This document shows, piece by piece, positions 31,780 through 33,669 of a stretch of 33,669 bases of DNA. Made by a program: the position numbers and the translations under genes. The notes beneath the pieces were generated by a model that had not been told where the DNA came from, made no database searches, and worked only from the letters and a program-made list of their open reading frames with translations. Every line of letters begins with the position of its first letter. The first letter of the stretch is position 1. This DNA comes from Octopus bimaculoides (lineage: Eukaryota), in assembly GCF_001194135.2 (NCBI RefSeq), contig NC_069009.1, forward strand, positions 5,076,224 through 5,109,892, in the 5' to 3' direction.

Positions 31780-33475
31780 GCACTTGCATCTATTTTTGTT
31801 CGGTTTTATCTATTTGTGTGTAGAGTGTTCTTGTGTGTGTATTTATTTGCCAAATAACTAGCTTATATTTTACATTGTCGGGAATTTCCAGATAATCTCC
31901 TTGTATGTGTGAAGTGTATGTGAGTGTATGTGTATATGAAGTGTTTTGTTTCACTGTTTGATGTGTGTGTGTGTGTGTGTGTGTGTGTTTGTCTGTCTGT
32001 ACGTGTGTGTGTACACAATGTTGTATTTTGGGGCATTTGTGTATGTGCGTGTCCATGTGTCTGAAACGTTGGGTTTAAGTGTATGTGTTGCCTATATAGT
32101 TTTGTGTGTGTGTGTGTGTGTGTGTATAATTTCATGTATTTGTACGTATGTTTGAAATAGTGTTCTGTGTATGAGATATGTATGTGGGTTCCAATTCATG
32201 TGTGTGTGTGTGTGTATAATGTTGTATTTGTGTGTGTGTTAGTGTGTGTGCATAGATTTGAGAGAGAGTGTGTGCTGTTTTGAGATATAAGTATACACAC
32301 GTGTACTCAAACATAATTTTTAAAGTGTGAATGTGTGTAAATATTTGTGTGCTTTAGTGTGTGTGTATGTGATGCATGTGTGTGTATAGATTTTAGAATT
32401 TATGTATGTATATATGTGTGTATTGTTTTGAGAATATGCATGTGTATGTATATATATAATTTTGGAAGTGTGTGTGTATATATGTGTTTGTGCATACATA
32501 TAATATAGAGTGGACATACATATATATGTGTGTGTGATAGTTGTGTGCATAAATTTGTGTGTGTGTGTGTATTGCTTTAAGAGTGTGTTTGTGTATGCAT
32601 GTGTGTGTACATGTAATTTTGAAAGTGTGAGTACGTGCATATGTGTGTGTCTGAGTGTGTATATAATATAGGAAGTGGATATATGTGTGTGTGTGTATGA
32701 GTGTGTGTGATGCATGTGTATGTATATATATAATTTTGGAAGTGTGTGTGTATATATGTGTTTGTGCATACATATNNNNNNNNNNNNNNNNNNNNNNNNN
32801 NNNNNNNNNNNNNNNNNNNNNNNNNNNNNNNNNNNNNNNNNNNNNNNNNNNNNNNNNNNNNNNNNNNNNNNNNNNNNNNNNNNNNNNNNNNNNNNNNNNN
32901 NNNNNNNNNNNNNNNNNNNNNNNNNNNNNNNNNNNNNNNNNNNNNNNNNNNNNNNNNNNNNNNNNNNNNNNNNNNNNNNNNNNNNNTGTATATATGTAAG
33001 TACACGTGTATACATGTATATGATTGTGTGTGTGCATGTGTATATACATGTGTGCATGGGTTTGTGTGTGTGTATGTGTGTGCGTGTATAATGTGTGGAT
33101 TTGTGTGTGTGTATGTGTGTGCGTATATATATGTGATGTGTGTATGTACATAGTTCCAGGAGTGTGTATAAGAGCGTGTTTATAGTTTTAAGTGTGTATG
33201 TGTGAATATGTGCTTAATTCTGTGAGTGTGTGAGCATGTGTGTATATGTGTGTCTGTGAATGTATAACGTAGGGAATGAGTATATGCGATGTGTACATGT
33301 ACATAGTTTTCTGTGTGTGTATATGTGTGTGTATATATACTTTTAAGGGTATATATGTATGTGTGTATGCATATATAGTGAGAGTGTGTGGACATGTATG
33401 TGTACGAGTGTGTGTATATATGTATACATTTTATACTTTTAAGAGTATGTATGTACACTTGTGTATGTATATAAT

Positions 33476-33530
<55 letters not shown>

Positions 33531-33669
33531 TTTATACTTTTAAGGCTGTGTATGAATGTGTATGCATGTGTACATATATAATCATGAGTGTGTGGGCATG
33601 TATGTATATGTGTGTGTATGCTTTTTATACATCTAAGGGTATGTACGTGTATGCATGTGTTTGTATATA
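31780..33669. repeat. Degenerate (TG/TATG)n satellite-like block with a ~280-bp internal duplication
   Basis: atgcatgtgtatgtatatatataattttggaagtgtgtgtgtatatatgtgtttgtgcatacata occurs at ~32436 and ~32711. Confidence 0.85.

Overview
AT-rich eukaryotic DNA from a gappy short-read assembly (13 N-runs, many bordered by (TA)n), dominated by microsatellites and transposon debris. The repeat families and simple-repeat load point to an octopus (coleoid cephalopod) genome; this is recognition from memory, not a database result. No complete protein-coding gene is visible, and most ORFs in the supplied track are microsatellite or N-gap artefacts. Supported content: at least four SINE-like families in many copies; two RTE-clade LINE fragments; an R4/Dong-clade LINE 3' fragment inside a (TAA)n tract; mariner-, hAT- and Helentron-type non-autonomous elements; several fold-back elements; a 70-bp GC-rich minisatellite; two degenerate Penelope-type hammerhead motifs; and two diverged copies of what looks like the 5' leader of octopus C2H2 zinc-finger cluster genes. 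A few short candidate exons suggest the window may be intronic. I found no unambiguous new biological system. The best leads are the hammerhead motifs, the ZNF-leader relics, the unusual SINE insertions (a dimer, a 50-bp TSD, a flipped half) and the nested inverted repeats.
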